Position numbers and translations under genes: made by a program. The notes below the pieces were generated by a model that was not told where the DNA came from, made no database searches, and saw only the letters and a list, made by a program, of their open reading frames with translations. Shown here piece after piece: positions 1 to 10,849 of a stretch of DNA of 64,000 nt. Position 1 is the stretch's first letter. The number at the start of each line of letters is the position of its first letter. Source of the DNA: Candidatus Muproteobacteria bacterium (GTDB lineage Bacteria; Pseudomonadota; Gammaproteobacteria; Acidiferrobacterales; SPGG2); NCBI GenBank assembly GCA_003251795.1, contig QKEI01000051.1:24823-88822 (forward strand), given 5' to 3'.

Positions 1-244
1 GCCTGCCTGCTCCTGTTTCATCAGATCTCTCCCACGAGGCCCGCTCCCTCCGACTGCGGCCCGATTTTGGCGAAAAACACTGGGGAAATAGCACAAACCA
101 TGCCACCGCCAGAGAGCCAGGATCGGTGGGCGATTTGCCCAGACAGGCGGGGAAAATTGGCCCTAACGTATGGGGAAAAAAGGAAAAACGAAGCTTCGGA
201 GGGAACGTCGTGCGGCACCGGGAGGAGCGCCCGGCGCGCGGCGG

Positions 245-643
245 CTAAGCCGGCACTTCGCGCTCAGCCGTAAGCTCAGCCTCGGTCTTGCCAGCGACAT
301 GCACCATCCGGTCCACGGCCTGCCGCATGGCCTCCGGCACCTGCTGTAGCGCCTGTCGGTTCTTGGGACAATCATTCACCCTTAGCGCTATAGCGGCGCT
401 GTTCAATTCGCGTACCAGGCCGAGAAAATTATCAACCTCGCTGCGAAGCGCGAGATACTTGCGTCCCGTGCCTAGTAGCTGGTGCGGAAACTTCCATACG
501 CCTACTTCGATAAGCAACATGCCGAGCCCAACCGCAGCTATCTGCACACGAAGATCCGATCGCAAAAATAGCACTGCCCCTAAAATGAGCGCGACGCCCG
601 AGAGCGGGATCGCAATGTCGATAAACTTTCGCAGTGTTCTCAC
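245..643 (-). CDS. hypothetical small membrane protein (two predicted TM helices plus a helical tail)
   Basis: Frame of ORF-track entry 245..673. Hydrophobic stretches IAIPLSGVALILGAVLFL and IAAVGLGMLLIEVGVW. Start moved to GTG at 643 because AGGAGG (complement of 650..655) lies 6 nt upstream. No family recognised. Confidence 0.4.
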   Translation of the reverse strand: MRTLRKFIDIAIPLSGVALILGAVLFLRSDLRVQIAAVGLGMLLIEVGVWKFPHQLLGTGRKYLALRSEVDNFLGLVRELNSAAIALRVNDCPKNRQALQQVPEAMRQAVDRMVHVAGKTEAELTAEREVPA

Positions 644-1157
644 AGATGGCCTCCTGGCTCCCGCCGGAGCCATTATGTGCTTGCCCGAGTAGCCAGTGCG
701 CTACCCCTGCCCCCCCTGCCATCACCCGCTCTTCGAGGACCCCGGTCAGTCTCGCGCCAGCGGATTGGGTTCTAACGAGGCCGCCGACAGCCAACCGCTC
801 GCTGTTGGTAGCGGACCCGTCAACGTCTACCAGTGCCATGTGAAGTAAAGCCTTGCGGCAGCAGGCATGCATTGCAAACGCCCCCCGCCTATCGGTAGAT
901 TTGATCCTCTCGTCAGTCGTGCAGAAGAATCTGGTCTCAGCAAACCCGCCCCTAATGACGGGCACCACTTCTGGGTAACAGACGTCAGCCTGGCAAGGAA
1001 TAAGCGACGGCTCGTGGTCGCGAACCCGGCGCGGCTCACGATAGTCGCGACAAAGGGCTTTTCACGCAGGAGTTTCGTCAACGCTGCACGCGGCCGAAAC
1101 ATTGACGCCCATCTGCGGCTGGGTTAGCGTAGCTTTTGACTCGACGGAGGGACCAGC

Positions 1158-1394
1158 GTGTCAAAAAAGAACTCGATGCCGGATTTTGAAGCCGCTTTGG
1201 CGGAGCTCGAAAGGCTCGTTGAGAAGATGGAAAGTGGCGACCAAAGCCTGGAGGATGCCCTGCAATCATTTCAGCGCGGCATTGAGCTCACGCGCACCTG
1301 CCAACAGGCGTTAAAAAATGCGGAACAGCGCGTTGAGAAGCTGGTTAAGAGCAATGGTCGGCTGGTGACGGAAACACTCGACGTTAACGAATAA
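1158..1394 (+). CDS. xseB: exodeoxyribonuclease VII small subunit
   Basis: 78 aa with the XseB pattern (FEAALAELERLVEKMESGDQSLEDALQSFQRGIELTRTCQQALKNAEQRVEKL). GTG start preceded by GGAGGG. Sits directly upstream of ispA, as in E. coli. Confidence 0.9.
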   Translation: MSKKNSMPDFEAALAELERLVEKMESGDQSLEDALQSFQRGIELTRTCQQALKNAEQRVEKLVKSNGRLVTETLDVNE

Positions 1395-1415
1395 GAATTC
1401 CGACAGCTACTCTAC

Positions 1416-2309
1416 TTGGACGACCTGCCGCAGACTCTGCGCCGCCTTCAGCAGCGAGTGGAAGACGCCTTAGATCGTCGCCTTCCGCTGCCATCGGAAC
1501 CGCCCAGGCGCCTACACGAAGCGATGCGGTACGCCACCCTGAATGGTGGCAAACGTATTCGGGCGTGTCTCGTTTACGCCGCCGGCGCGGCGTTCGGCGC
1601 ACCGGAAACGCTGCTCGACAACCCAGCCTGCGCCGTGGAGCTTATCCATGCCTATTCCCTGGTACACGACGACCTGCCGTGCATGGACGACGACGACCTG
1701 CGGCGAGGCAAGCCGACGTGCCACCGCGCCTACGACGAGGCGACGGCTTTGCTGGTCGGCGATGCCCTGCAGTCGCTGGCGTTCGAGATCTTATCAGGCG
1801 ATCCGGCGCTCGCTGTCGAGCCGGCACAGCGCGCGCAAATGATCGCGCTTCTTGCATACGCTAGTGGCTCGCGCGGCATGGCGGGTGGCCAGGCTATCGA
1901 TCTGGCAGCTGTCGGGCGCAAACTATCTGAATTAGAGCTCGAGGATATGCATCGGCGCAAAACCGGGGCGCTGATTCGCGCCGCGGTGCTCATGGGGGCA
2001 CTCGCCAAGGGGCAAACGGACAGCGAAGGTTGGCACGCGCTTGATACCTACGCGCAATGCATCGGCCTGGCCTTTCAAATCACTGACGACATTCTCGATG
2101 TCGAGGGTGATGCCAATACTCTTGGGAAGACCCCGGGGGCGGACGAAGCACTTAATAAACCCACCTACCCCGCGGTCTTGGGGTTGGAGCAGGCGAAGGT
2201 TAAAAGGACTGCGTTGACACAAGCGGCGCTTGCCGCACTGGCACCACTCGGAGAGAAGGGTAAATTACTGACGACACTGGCGCGCTTTGTGATCGAGCGG
2301 AAACAATGA
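1416..2309 (+). CDS. ispA: farnesyl diphosphate synthase (geranyltranstransferase)
   Basis: 297 aa with both Asp-rich polyprenyl synthase motifs (LVHDDLPCMDDDDLRRGKPT and FQITDDILD). TTG start. Confidence 0.9.
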   Translation: MDDLPQTLRRLQQRVEDALDRRLPLPSEPPRRLHEAMRYATLNGGKRIRACLVYAAGAAFGAPETLLDNPACAVELIHAYSLVHDDLPCMDDDDLRRGKPTCHRAYDEATALLVGDALQSLAFEILSGDPALAVEPAQRAQMIALLAYASGSRGMAGGQAIDLAAVGRKLSELELEDMHRRKTGALIRAAVLMGALAKGQTDSEGWHALDTYAQCIGLAFQITDDILDVEGDANTLGKTPGADEALNKPTYPAVLGLEQAKVKRTALTQAALAALAPLGEKGKLLTTLARFVIERKQ

Positions 2310-2474
2310 CGATGTCACCAGTCCGTTTGCCCGCACGTCTGACAAAACCGGATAACCTGTCCTGTAATGTATGCCGGCTGCGCCCTTGCTCGAATATTAG
2401 GATCCCCTTAAACTGCTCTGTACCCCTTCAAACGGTCCCTCACCGAGGGCGACGGCGGAGCAAATAGTAGCGCG

Positions 2475-3314
2475 ATGAAGATATTAAAGCTCGATACAAA
2501 AGCGGAGTCGCAGATTGTCGATGTCCAGAGCAGTCCAGACACGCGTAATATTCCCATCGACAAAGTCGGCATAAAGGACCTTCGTCACCCGGTCCGAGTC
2601 AAAGACCGCAGCCAAGGTGAACAACATACGATCGCACTATTCAATATGTATGTGGAGTTACCGCATAATTTCAAAGGTACGCACATGTCGCGCTTCGTGG
2701 AGATCCTCAATAATTATGAGCCCGAGATCTCTGTTGAATCGTTCAAAGATATCCTGGCCCAGATGGCGCGTCGCCTAAAGGCGGAAACCGGCCATATGGA
2801 GATGAATTTTCCCTACTTCATCACTAAGGCCGCGCCAGTCTCGGGTGTGAAAAGCCTGATGGATTACCAGGTGACACTGAGTGGCAAGTTCTCAGGCGGC
2901 AAACACATGATGACAATCAAGGTGATTGTCCCTGTTACCAGTCTATGCCCATGTTCAAAGGAAATCTCACAGTATGGCGCGCATAACCAACGGTCACACG
3001 TCACCGTAAGTGTACGTACCAATACCTTTGTGTGGATCGAGGACTTGATTGATCTGGTCGAACAGCAGGCGAGCTGTGAGCTCTACGGTCTGCTGAAACG
3101 TCCGGATGAAAAGTACGTAACGGAACGCGCCTACGATAATCCTAAATTTGTCGAGGATATGGTGCGCGATGTGGCTGCTGTTCTCAACGAGGATGAGCGC
3201 ATTGACGCCTATATCGTTGAGTCAGAGAATTTCGAATCGATACACAACCATTCGGCTTACGCCATGATCCAACGTGACAAGCGGTCTGAGTCGACGCACA
3301 CTTCTACGGACTAA
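2475..3314 (+). CDS. folE2: GTP cyclohydrolase FolE2 (type IB)
   Basis: 279 aa. The N-terminal [51 protein letters not shown] and HNQRSH segments match my memory of the FolE2/MptA family. Visibly lower GC than the flanking genes. Confidence 0.8.
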   Translation: MKILKLDTKAESQIVDVQSSPDTRNIPIDKVGIKDLRHPVRVKDRSQGEQHTIALFNMYVELPHNFKGTHMSRFVEILNNYEPEISVESFKDILAQMARRLKAETGHMEMNFPYFITKAAPVSGVKSLMDYQVTLSGKFSGGKHMMTIKVIVPVTSLCPCSKEISQYGAHNQRSHVTVSVRTNTFVWIEDLIDLVEQQASCELYGLLKRPDEKYVTERAYDNPKFVEDMVRDVAAVLNEDERIDAYIVESENFESIHNHSAYAMIQRDKRSESTHTSTD

Positions 3315-3347
3315 TCCTACTTTCTCCTTTCTGGTTCCAAGGATCTG

Positions 3348-4007
3348 TCAGTAGCGCTTGGTCAGCTCCATCTTGTCACCATCGTGCTTCATGTCAACCC
3401 GCCCAAGAAAAGACATGCCCAACAAGACATCCGTGGGGTGGTTGCCTTCTATGACGCCCGCCTCGACGTTGTATAGAGTGATGTCGCCCACTGTCACGCT
3501 CTCGAGTGTGATGCTGTACATGGGCACCATGCCGCCGGCCGTGTTCGCTATGCCGCGACGGCCCTTGCGTTTGTAATCAAGGCCGATACGCTCTGCCGCT
3601 TGACTACTGAGTGCGACAGCATTAGCGCCCGTGTCGACGAGAAACCTGACTGGCGCTCCATTGATCTTGCCATCGCTATAGAAGAACCCTCGATCGGCGT
3701 ACAAGGTCACGTTGCCGGATGTCTTCGGGTCGGCGAACCCCACCGCTGAGACAACACCGAGTCTGAGTGTCTCGCGTCGCCCATTGAGCTCGATCTCGGC
3801 TACCTCCAGCAATGTGTCGGTAGCCAGTAATCTTACGCCCTCCGGGCTCATCCCGCCGCGCACAAGTAGGCGTCGGGCACCATCGATTTTTATGATCGCT
3901 TTGTCCTTAAAGAGTGCAAACAGCTGGATCTTCTCCGCAGCGAATGGAGAGGATACTGCGAACGTTGTCATTGCCAGCAAGAAAAGTGTTGTCAGTCGAC
4001 TCAGCAT
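3348..4007 (-). CDS. retropepsin-like clan AA aspartic protease (TIGR02281-like), secreted or membrane anchored
   Basis: 219 aa with an N-terminal hydrophobic signal/anchor. Catalytic FLVDTGANAVALS (D-T-G) and C-terminal LLGMSFL, typical of bacterial retropepsin-like proteins. Confidence 0.7.
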   Translation of the reverse strand: MLSRLTTLFLLAMTTFAVSSPFAAEKIQLFALFKDKAIIKIDGARRLLVRGGMSPEGVRLLATDTLLEVAEIELNGRRETLRLGVVSAVGFADPKTSGNVTLYADRGFFYSDGKINGAPVRFLVDTGANAVALSSQAAERIGLDYKRKGRRGIANTAGGMVPMYSITLESVTVGDITLYNVEAGVIEGNHPTDVLLGMSFLGRVDMKHDGDKMELTKRY

Positions 4008-4167
4008 GTCAGCTCTCTGTCTTGCTCACGCAGGCCTGAGCGAAAACTCCGCGGTGTGCGTGTATAAAGCATAGACTAACTCAAATCAAGTTGCTGCTAC
4101 GTGCCTTGAGCTGCGGCTCCTGGGTTATACTGCAAGCATACGACCGACAGAAACAGGTGAGAAGCAT

Positions 4168-5874
4168 ATGCGCGTATCGCGTTATTTGCTGTCGACAGTA
4201 AAGGAGACCCCGGCGGATGCCGAAGTGATCAGTCACAAGCTGATGCTACGTGCCGGACTGATCCGCAAGGTCGCCGCCGGTGTCTACACTTGGTTACCTC
4301 TCGGCAATCGGGTGTTGCGCAAAGTCGAGCGGATCGTGCGAGAGGAAATGGATCGCGCAGGTGCGCTCGAAGTCTTCATGCCGGCGATACAACCTGCGGA
4401 GCTCTGGCAGGAGTCCGGTCGCTGGGACGAGTATGGTCCGGAGCTGCTGCGTATCACCGACCGCCATAATCGGGAGTTTTGCTTCGGTCCCACGCATGAG
4501 GAGGTTATCACCGAACTCGCCAGACGTGAGATCAAGAGCTATCGTCAGTTACCTGCCAATTTCTACCAGATACAGACCAAGTTTCGTGATGAGATTCGCC
4601 CACGCTTCGGGGTGATGCGCGCGCGTGAGTTCATAATGAAGGACGCCTATTCTTTTCACATCGATGAGGCATCACTGCGCGAAACCTATCAGGTCATGCA
4701 TGATGCCTACTCGCGCATCTTCAGTCGCATTGGCCTTGAGTTCTGCGTGGTCGAGGCCTACGGCGGCGTCATCGGCGGTAATGTTTCGCACGAATTCCAC
4801 GTCATCGCGGACTCCGGCGAAAACGCTATTGCCAGCTGCGGGAAATGCGATTACGCGGCCAATGTGGAGCTAGCTGTCGCGCACCCCCCATTAGGCAAGC
4901 GCGAGATACCTTCGGCACCAATGGAAACCGTTGATACCCCCGGACAACATACGATTGAGGATGTTAGCGCGTTTCTTAAGGTCGATCCGGCGCGCACGGT
5001 TAAGACCTTACTCGTCAAAGGCGTCGGCGGTGTGATTGCCTTGGTGTTGCGTGGTGATCACGAGCTCAACGAGGTCAAAGCGGAACGATTGCCTCAGGTG
5101 ATGAAGCCACTTGTATTTGTCACTCCGGGCGAGGTTGAGCTAGCCGCCGGTTGTGAGCCGGGATCCATCGGCCCGGTAGGATTGCAGATACCCGTTATTG
5201 CTGACGAAAGCGCAGCGCGCCTTGCCGATTTTATCTGCGGTGCCAATATCGATGATAAACATCTGCGCAACGTCAACTGGGGCCGGGACTTGCCAGAACC
5301 GGAGGTGGCAGACATACGCAACGTCGTGGAAGGTGACCCGTGCCCACGCTGTCAGGGCAGCCTCAATGTTCGTCGCGGTATCGAGGTAGGCCACATCTTC
5401 CAGTTGGGCACCAAGTACAGCGAGCGCATGGGTGCCACCGTGCTCGATGAGAACGGTCAGGCGGTGACCATGCCGATGGGATGCTACGGTATCGGCGTCA
5501 CCCGCATCGTTGCGGCAGCGATCGAACAGAATCACGATGCTCAAGGGATAATCTGGCCTGAACCGATTGCGCCGTTTCAACTGAGTCTCGTGCCGATCGG
5601 CATGCATAAGTCGCCAGAGGTGGCGCGTGCGGCCGAAGAGATCTACGACGAGCTCAAGGCAGCTGCCATTGACGTACTGTTTGACGACCGCGACGAACGC
5701 CCTGGCGTTATATTTGCCGACATGGATCTCATTGGTGTGCCACATCGGCTCGTGATCGGCGAGCGCGGTCTGCGCAAGGGCGTAATCGAATATAAGGGTC
5801 GGCGGCAAGAACGAGCGAGTGAATTGCCGCGCGATCGGCTGCTCGCTGAGTTGCGTCAACGTATCACCGGCTGA
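4168..5874 (+). CDS. proS: proline--tRNA ligase
   Basis: 568 aa, the bacterial ProRS length including the editing insertion. Class II motifs, e.g. [25 protein letters not shown] and [13 protein letters not shown]. Confidence 0.95.
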   Translation: MRVSRYLLSTVKETPADAEVISHKLMLRAGLIRKVAAGVYTWLPLGNRVLRKVERIVREEMDRAGALEVFMPAIQPAELWQESGRWDEYGPELLRITDRHNREFCFGPTHEEVITELARREIKSYRQLPANFYQIQTKFRDEIRPRFGVMRAREFIMKDAYSFHIDEASLRETYQVMHDAYSRIFSRIGLEFCVVEAYGGVIGGNVSHEFHVIADSGENAIASCGKCDYAANVELAVAHPPLGKREIPSAPMETVDTPGQHTIEDVSAFLKVDPARTVKTLLVKGVGGVIALVLRGDHELNEVKAERLPQVMKPLVFVTPGEVELAAGCEPGSIGPVGLQIPVIADESAARLADFICGANIDDKHLRNVNWGRDLPEPEVADIRNVVEGDPCPRCQGSLNVRRGIEVGHIFQLGTKYSERMGATVLDENGQAVTMPMGCYGIGVTRIVAAAIEQNHDAQGIIWPEPIAPFQLSLVPIGMHKSPEVARAAEEIYDELKAAAIDVLFDDRDERPGVIFADMDLIGVPHRLVIGERGLRKGVIEYKGRRQERASELPRDRLLAELRQRITG

Positions 5875-6442
5875 TCGACTTTTTCGCAACAAGCAGCGCC
5901 TGTCCACGAAAGCCCTGATCGATGTTACCTGCTAGCCCCTCTTCGCGGTACACCATCAGCTGTAACGGCGAGAACATCGCCAGCAATTCACCGTCTGCAA
6001 GCAGATAGTCAGGGTTATGCGGGGCACGTTCGTCGGCGCGGCTACGGGTGAATGTCTGATAAAACACCAGCCCGTTGGCACCCAACGCCGCGATCAAGTG
6101 GGGCGTAATGCTTCGATCAAGGAAATGGCTGACGACGATGACGTCGAAACGCTCCGGCTCTGGCGGGCGCTGCACGACATCGCGTACCTCGGCTTGCAGC
6201 GTTAGGCCACGTGCCTGAGCAAGCGCATGAAGTTTATCGATCGCAACGCTGGAGCTGTCCCAGGCGACAACCTCGAGCCCCCGCGACGCTAGCAGTAGCG
6301 CATTGGCCCCCAGACCGCAGGCGAGATCGAGTGCTGATCCACGGTCTGGTAACAGGTGTACGTTCTCCAACAACACGCGTGCTGGCGGCGTTTCCACCGC
6401 ATCGGCATAGCGTGCATCCCATTTTTCGGTATCCCCAGTCAT
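5864..6442 (-). CDS. class I SAM-dependent methyltransferase (TehB-like)
   Basis: 192 aa with SAM-binding motif [17 protein letters not shown] and an acidic loop VVAWDSS. Its 3' end overlaps the proS 3' end by 11 nt. Confidence 0.7.
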   Translation of the reverse strand: MTGDTEKWDARYADAVETPPARVLLENVHLLPDRGSALDLACGLGANALLLASRGLEVVAWDSSSVAIDKLHALAQARGLTLQAEVRDVVQRPPEPERFDVIVVSHFLDRSITPHLIAALGANGLVFYQTFTRSRADERAPHNPDYLLADGELLAMFSPLQLMVYREEGLAGNIDQGFRGQALLVAKKSISR

Positions 6443-6567
6443 ACGAGCATTATGCGCTAGCCCATAGCTGCCTGCGAGCGCTCCGGCGCCACCTTAATTA
6501 CGCTGACATTGTTACCGCAGACGACTATGCTTGCTAGTAACAACCGTTACGAAACCGGGAGGGCGCA

Positions 6568-7143
6568 ATGTATCGGGTCTGGGCGTGGTGCCTGATCGCG
6601 TGCCTCGCTTTACCGATGCTCAGCCCAGCATCGTCGGTCGATGCACCCGATGATCCAATCTTAAAAGAGCTGCTCAAACGGGCAGCAAGCGAAACCACCA
6701 GTTTCGCTGATGAGTTCGACGCCTGGGTGTGGCTTGCCGATATGTCACGCCGCCTGCAGAAGAAGATTCCCGTGGCGGACGCACGCGTGAGTTTCTTGAA
6801 AAGCGTGCATCGCGAGGCCCTTCGTGCTGGCCTGCGGCCTGAGCTGGTGCTCGCCGTCATCGAAACCGAAAGTAATTTCGATCGCTTTGCCATTTCCAGC
6901 GCGGGTGCTCGCGGCCTCATGCAAATTATGCCATTCTGGCTCGAACAGATCGGGCGGCCCGACGATAACTTGTTCGACATCGACACCAACCTGCGCTACG
7001 GCTGCACGATCCTGCGCTATTACCTGAACGAGGAAAAGGGTGATCGTCGACGCGCGCTTGCACGTTACAACGGCAGCCCGGGCCGCAACCACTATCCGGC
7101 GCGTGTTTTCGAGCTGTGGAATACGCGCTGGTTTCCCCAATGA
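6568..7143 (+). CDS. lytic transglycosylase (SLT domain), secreted
   Basis: 191 aa with a signal peptide. Catalytic region LVLAVIETESNFDRFAISSAGARGLMQIMP (E-S motif, GLMQ) and a later YNGS segment. Confidence 0.8.
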   Translation: MYRVWAWCLIACLALPMLSPASSVDAPDDPILKELLKRAASETTSFADEFDAWVWLADMSRRLQKKIPVADARVSFLKSVHREALRAGLRPELVLAVIETESNFDRFAISSAGARGLMQIMPFWLEQIGRPDDNLFDIDTNLRYGCTILRYYLNEEKGDRRRALARYNGSPGRNHYPARVFELWNTRWFPQ

Positions 7144-7193
7144 GCACGAATGCCCAGGTGCCGCGGAGGCCGGAAGCGGCCAATAGTCAACCC

Positions 7194-7463
7194 TCAGCGC
7201 GTTTCGAAATCAGCATATGCGCGTCGCTCGATCTCTTCCGAGACGACGTCGTCAACCCGTGCGTGTGTCGGACCTTGCCACAACCAACGCTCCAGTTTCT
7301 CTAAACTCGCCAACTCGCCACAAGCAATGACCTCAACGCGACCATCGCTCAAATTCCTGGCCAAACCACAAAGATGCAAACGCCGCGCTACCAGTTGCGT
7401 GGCGCCACGGTAGTAAACACCCTGTACCCGGCCGGAGACGAGATAGCGCATGCAACGATTCAT
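7194..7463 (-). CDS. acyP: acylphosphatase
   Basis: 89 aa with the signature VSGRVQGVYYRGAT and a second motif GLARNLSDGRVEV. Confidence 0.85.
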   Translation of the reverse strand: MNRCMRYLVSGRVQGVYYRGATQLVARRLHLCGLARNLSDGRVEVIACGELASLEKLERWLWQGPTHARVDDVVSEEIERRAYADFETR

Positions 7464-7491
7464 TGGCTATGCCCTTCTCTTTGCCCCTCGG

Positions 7492-7899
7492 TCACGGTTG
7501 CAACCCGTACCAGCGCAGTAGCAGTGCCGCAGGCAGTACACGAGCAAGCACGGTGACAAGTGCCAGGCCTAGCACCGCCGATAGCCAAAGCTCCACATTC
7601 ATCGGCAAACCAACCCACCACATGAGCATGACGGCGTTCAACAACGCTAGCGCCGCACCGACACAAAGCATTAACGGTCTCCACAGGTTCGCGCTCAGTG
7701 TGTTGAACAGGCGAGTGATCGCACCCTGTAACACGATGCCAAAACCACTAAAGATGAGTGCATAGACCCAGTTGAACGAGCGAAACCAGGCAGGTCCCTG
7801 CTTATCACTGAACAGTCCCGGGTAGCGCAGTTGCACAGCGATCAACAGCACGTAGCAAAGCGTGGTGAATCCGAACCAAAGGGCTTTAGAGACCAACAT
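7492..7899 (-). CDS. hypothetical integral membrane protein (about 4 TM)
   Basis: Frame of ORF 7492..7974, trimmed to the internal ATG at 7899 (MLVSKALWFGF...) because the upstream part is Gly/Arg-rich and overlaps a hairpin. No family recognised. Confidence 0.4.
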   Translation of the reverse strand: MLVSKALWFGFTTLCYVLLIAVQLRYPGLFSDKQGPAWFRSFNWVYALIFSGFGIVLQGAITRLFNTLSANLWRPLMLCVGAALALLNAVMLMWWVGLPMNVELWLSAVLGLALVTVLARVLPAALLLRWYGLQP

Positions 7900-7991
7900 G
7901 AGGGTTCGCTCGATAGAGATCCTTGCATTCCCGCCAGAAGCATAGCGCGTGCCCCTAGCTCCGGCCCCGTGCACGGTGGCGCGGCACCTGT

Positions 7992-8017
7992 CTCAAGAAG
8001 TGCAAAGGGCCCCGTCG
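7992..8017 (-). terminator. GC-rich hairpin downstream of the LysM lipoprotein gene
   Basis: AAGGGCCCC / GGGGCCCTT arms (7995..8003 and 8007..8015) around a very short loop. On the minus strand only a weak T-containing tail (CTTCTT) follows, so intrinsic terminator function is uncertain. Confidence 0.3.
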
Positions 8018-8052
8018 GGGCCCTTGCTAAAACCACTTGTCGGCGATCGCAG

Positions 8053-8523
8053 TTATTGCTTCAGGTACGCCTGATCGGATTCCTCTACCACACCGAGTGA
8101 CCAGGCGCCGCGCGTACGCGCGTGACTAATCGCGGCCTCGATATCAGAGGCAGACATATCGCGCGGAATCGCGAATACCTGCCCCGGGTAGATAAGATCA
8201 GCGTCCTTGATCTGATCCCTGTTCGCCTTATAGATCAACGGCCACTGGTAAGGATTGCCATAAATAACGCGGTAACTCGCAATATCCCACAGGCTGTCGC
8301 CCCGTACTACGGTATAGCTCGTCAAACCCTCTTCCATGACGACGACGGCTTCTTTCTTTTCTTCCACCTTCATCTCTTCTTTAGGTGCGGGCGCGGGCTC
8401 GGCCTTCGGCTCCGGTTCGGGTGTCGGGCGAGCCGGTTGCGTGTCTTTGGTGGTCGCACAAGCACTTACCGCCAGCGCGACGCTCACCAGCAATACTTTC
8501 CAACCGTCATAAACGTTATTCAT
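8053..8523 (-). CDS. LysM-domain peptidoglycan-binding lipoprotein
   Basis: 156 aa. Lipobox LAVSAC, a Pro/Glu/Lys-rich linker, then a LysM motif YTVVRGDSLWDIASYRVIYGNPYQWPLIYKANRDQIKDADLIYPGQVFAIP. Confidence 0.75.
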   Translation of the reverse strand: MNNVYDGWKVLLVSVALAVSACATTKDTQPARPTPEPEPKAEPAPAPKEEMKVEEKKEAVVVMEEGLTSYTVVRGDSLWDIASYRVIYGNPYQWPLIYKANRDQIKDADLIYPGQVFAIPRDMSASDIEAAISHARTRGAWSLGVVEESDQAYLKQ

Positions 8524-8528
8524 CTTGA

Positions 8529-9323
<795 letters not shown>

Positions 9324-9326
9324 CGA

Positions 9327-10040
9327 TCACCTCACCCCGAGGCTGCGAATAAACGGAATGGTAACCCGCCGTTGCCTCGCCAGCGATGTCTCGTCGATCT
9401 GCTCCAAAAAATCAAATACAGTGCGAGCATCCCGCGGATAGTGATTCAACACATACCGCGCGACCTTCTCGGACATGTGTAAACCGCGATTGCGCGCGCG
9501 CAATTGCAACGCCTCTATGATCTCGTTGTCGCTCAACGCGTGAAGCTGATATACGAACCCCCATCCCAAGCGCGTTGCCAGATCGGGCAATGTCAGATTC
9601 AGGCTCGCGGGGTTGGTCCTGCCAGTCGCCAGCAATATGCCCTTCGCTCCGTGTAGGCGCTCGACCAACGCGAACAATGCGTTCTCCCAATCCAAACGAC
9701 CACAGACATGTTCAATGTCATCAACACACACCAGGTCAATCCCCTCTAACCCTTCAAGTAGAGCAGGCGATACTTCCTGTGCTATCGCCAATGGCACGTA
9801 GGCAAAGGAGACATTGGCGCTTTGCTCGACTAGACGACACGCGGCCTGCAATAGATGCGTCTTGCCAGAACCACGTTCTCCCCAAAAGAAAAGCGATCTA
9901 TCTGCGCCAGGCAGACGATGGCGCAACTTGCTCAGTACTGCGTGCAGGCCCGCGACAGGCTCACGGTTGCGGGCGATGAGATAGTTGTCAAATGACAGGT
10001 CATCTCTGAGCCTTATATCGAGATGAAGCTGTTGGCTCAA
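9327..10040 (-). CDS. hda: DnaA regulatory inactivator Hda
   Basis: 237 aa. QLHLDIRLRDDLSFDNY N-terminus, Walker A-like FWGERGSGKTHLLQA, VCVDDIEHV box. DnaA-homologous AAA+ length typical of Hda. Confidence 0.85.
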   Translation of the reverse strand: MSQQLHLDIRLRDDLSFDNYLIARNREPVAGLHAVLSKLRHRLPGADRSLFFWGERGSGKTHLLQAACRLVEQSANVSFAYVPLAIAQEVSPALLEGLEGIDLVCVDDIEHVCGRLDWENALFALVERLHGAKGILLATGRTNPASLNLTLPDLATRLGWGFVYQLHALSDNEIIEALQLRARNRGLHMSEKVARYVLNHYPRDARTVFDFLEQIDETSLARQRRVTIPFIRSLGVR

Positions 10041-10076
10041 TTAACTCCTCCGGAATCCGTCATCAACGATGACCTT

Positions 10077-10643
10077 TTAAGTATCCGACCCGTTGACGCC
10101 CGTCTCCGGCTGCCGTTTGACCCCCCAGATCCATACATAATGGACGCCGCTGGCAATAGTGGTTGCAAATACAGCATACACGAGGTAATGATTGATCATG
10201 CCCACGGGCAACAGTTCCGCCTGCTGCCCGAGAATACCCACCACCAGCGCAATCTGCAGAAAGGTGTTTAACTTACTGAGGTAGGTCGGCCGCATTTGTG
10301 TCGGACCGATCAGCGATGTATACGCCAAGTAACCGCTGACGATCAGTAAATCGCGAAAACCGACAGTTAGCACCAACCATAACGGCACATGGCCCAGAAT
10401 CGCCAACATGATGTAAGCCGTCACCAGCAGGATCTTGTCTGCCAACGGATCGAGAATCGCACCGATTCGCGTGACCAAGTTGTAGCGCTTGGCGATAAAG
10501 CCGTCGAGGCTATCCGAAATCCCCGCCACTACAAATACCGTAAGCGCAGCCACGTAATTGCCGTCGTTGAGATACAAAATAAACACCGGCACCAGGGCGA
10601 TGCGAAAAACAGTTATCGCGTTCGGCAAATAGTAGAGTCTCAT
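10077..10643 (-). CDS. CDP-alcohol phosphatidyltransferase family protein (PgsA-like)
   Basis: Frame of ORF 10077..10781, trimmed to the ATG at 10643 (MRLYYLPNAITVFRI). Carries the family motif DSLDGFIAKRYNLVTRIGAILDPLADK. Confidence 0.75.
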   Translation of the reverse strand: MRLYYLPNAITVFRIALVPVFILYLNDGNYVAALTVFVVAGISDSLDGFIAKRYNLVTRIGAILDPLADKILLVTAYIMLAILGHVPLWLVLTVGFRDLLIVSGYLAYTSLIGPTQMRPTYLSKLNTFLQIALVVGILGQQAELLPVGMINHYLVYAVFATTIASGVHYVWIWGVKRQPETGVNGSDT

Positions 10644-10849
10644 GGGCAGCGGGAGAATCCTTGTCGTTGTGCTGCAGGCACCAACGTACACCGTTTCCGG
10701 CATTGGCGTTACGCCGCTATACAGCGAGCATCCGAGGTCGACCTGCGCCAAGCTACTGATGGGCACGCTATGCAAGCACACATGCTAAGTCAAGGTTTAC
10801 ACCCTGCAAGGCGCGTCCTACCATAGACACTCCTTTCGCGGAGCCGCAC

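Noticed and set aside
1-21. Possible start of a minus-strand gene at the left edge (ATG at 21..19 preceded by GGGAGAG; MKQEQAG...).
   Set aside because: Only seven codons are visible, too little to support a feature call.
644-1157. Possible tmRNA, RNase P RNA, SRP RNA or cobalamin riboswitch in the long gap. A GGGGCGGG... start on the minus strand and an AATCCGCTGGCGCGAGACTGACC stretch looked superficially suggestive.
   Set aside because: The diagnostic elements are absent: a tag-peptide reading frame and tRNA-like 3' end, GGAAAGTCCGG, the GGAAGCAGCC-type SRP loop, and a B12 box. It is kept only as an unexplained gap in the findings.
5864-5874. 11-nt overlap of the convergent 3' ends of proS and the methyltransferase gene.
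   Set aside because: This is real but common in compact genomes. I can support no functional inference beyond the absence of a terminator.
5140-5907. 255-aa ORF antisense to proS.
   Set aside because: It lies entirely within a confidently identified gene on the other strand and reads as a low-complexity Arg/Ala/Leu-rich translation. This is a typical high-GC antisense ORF.
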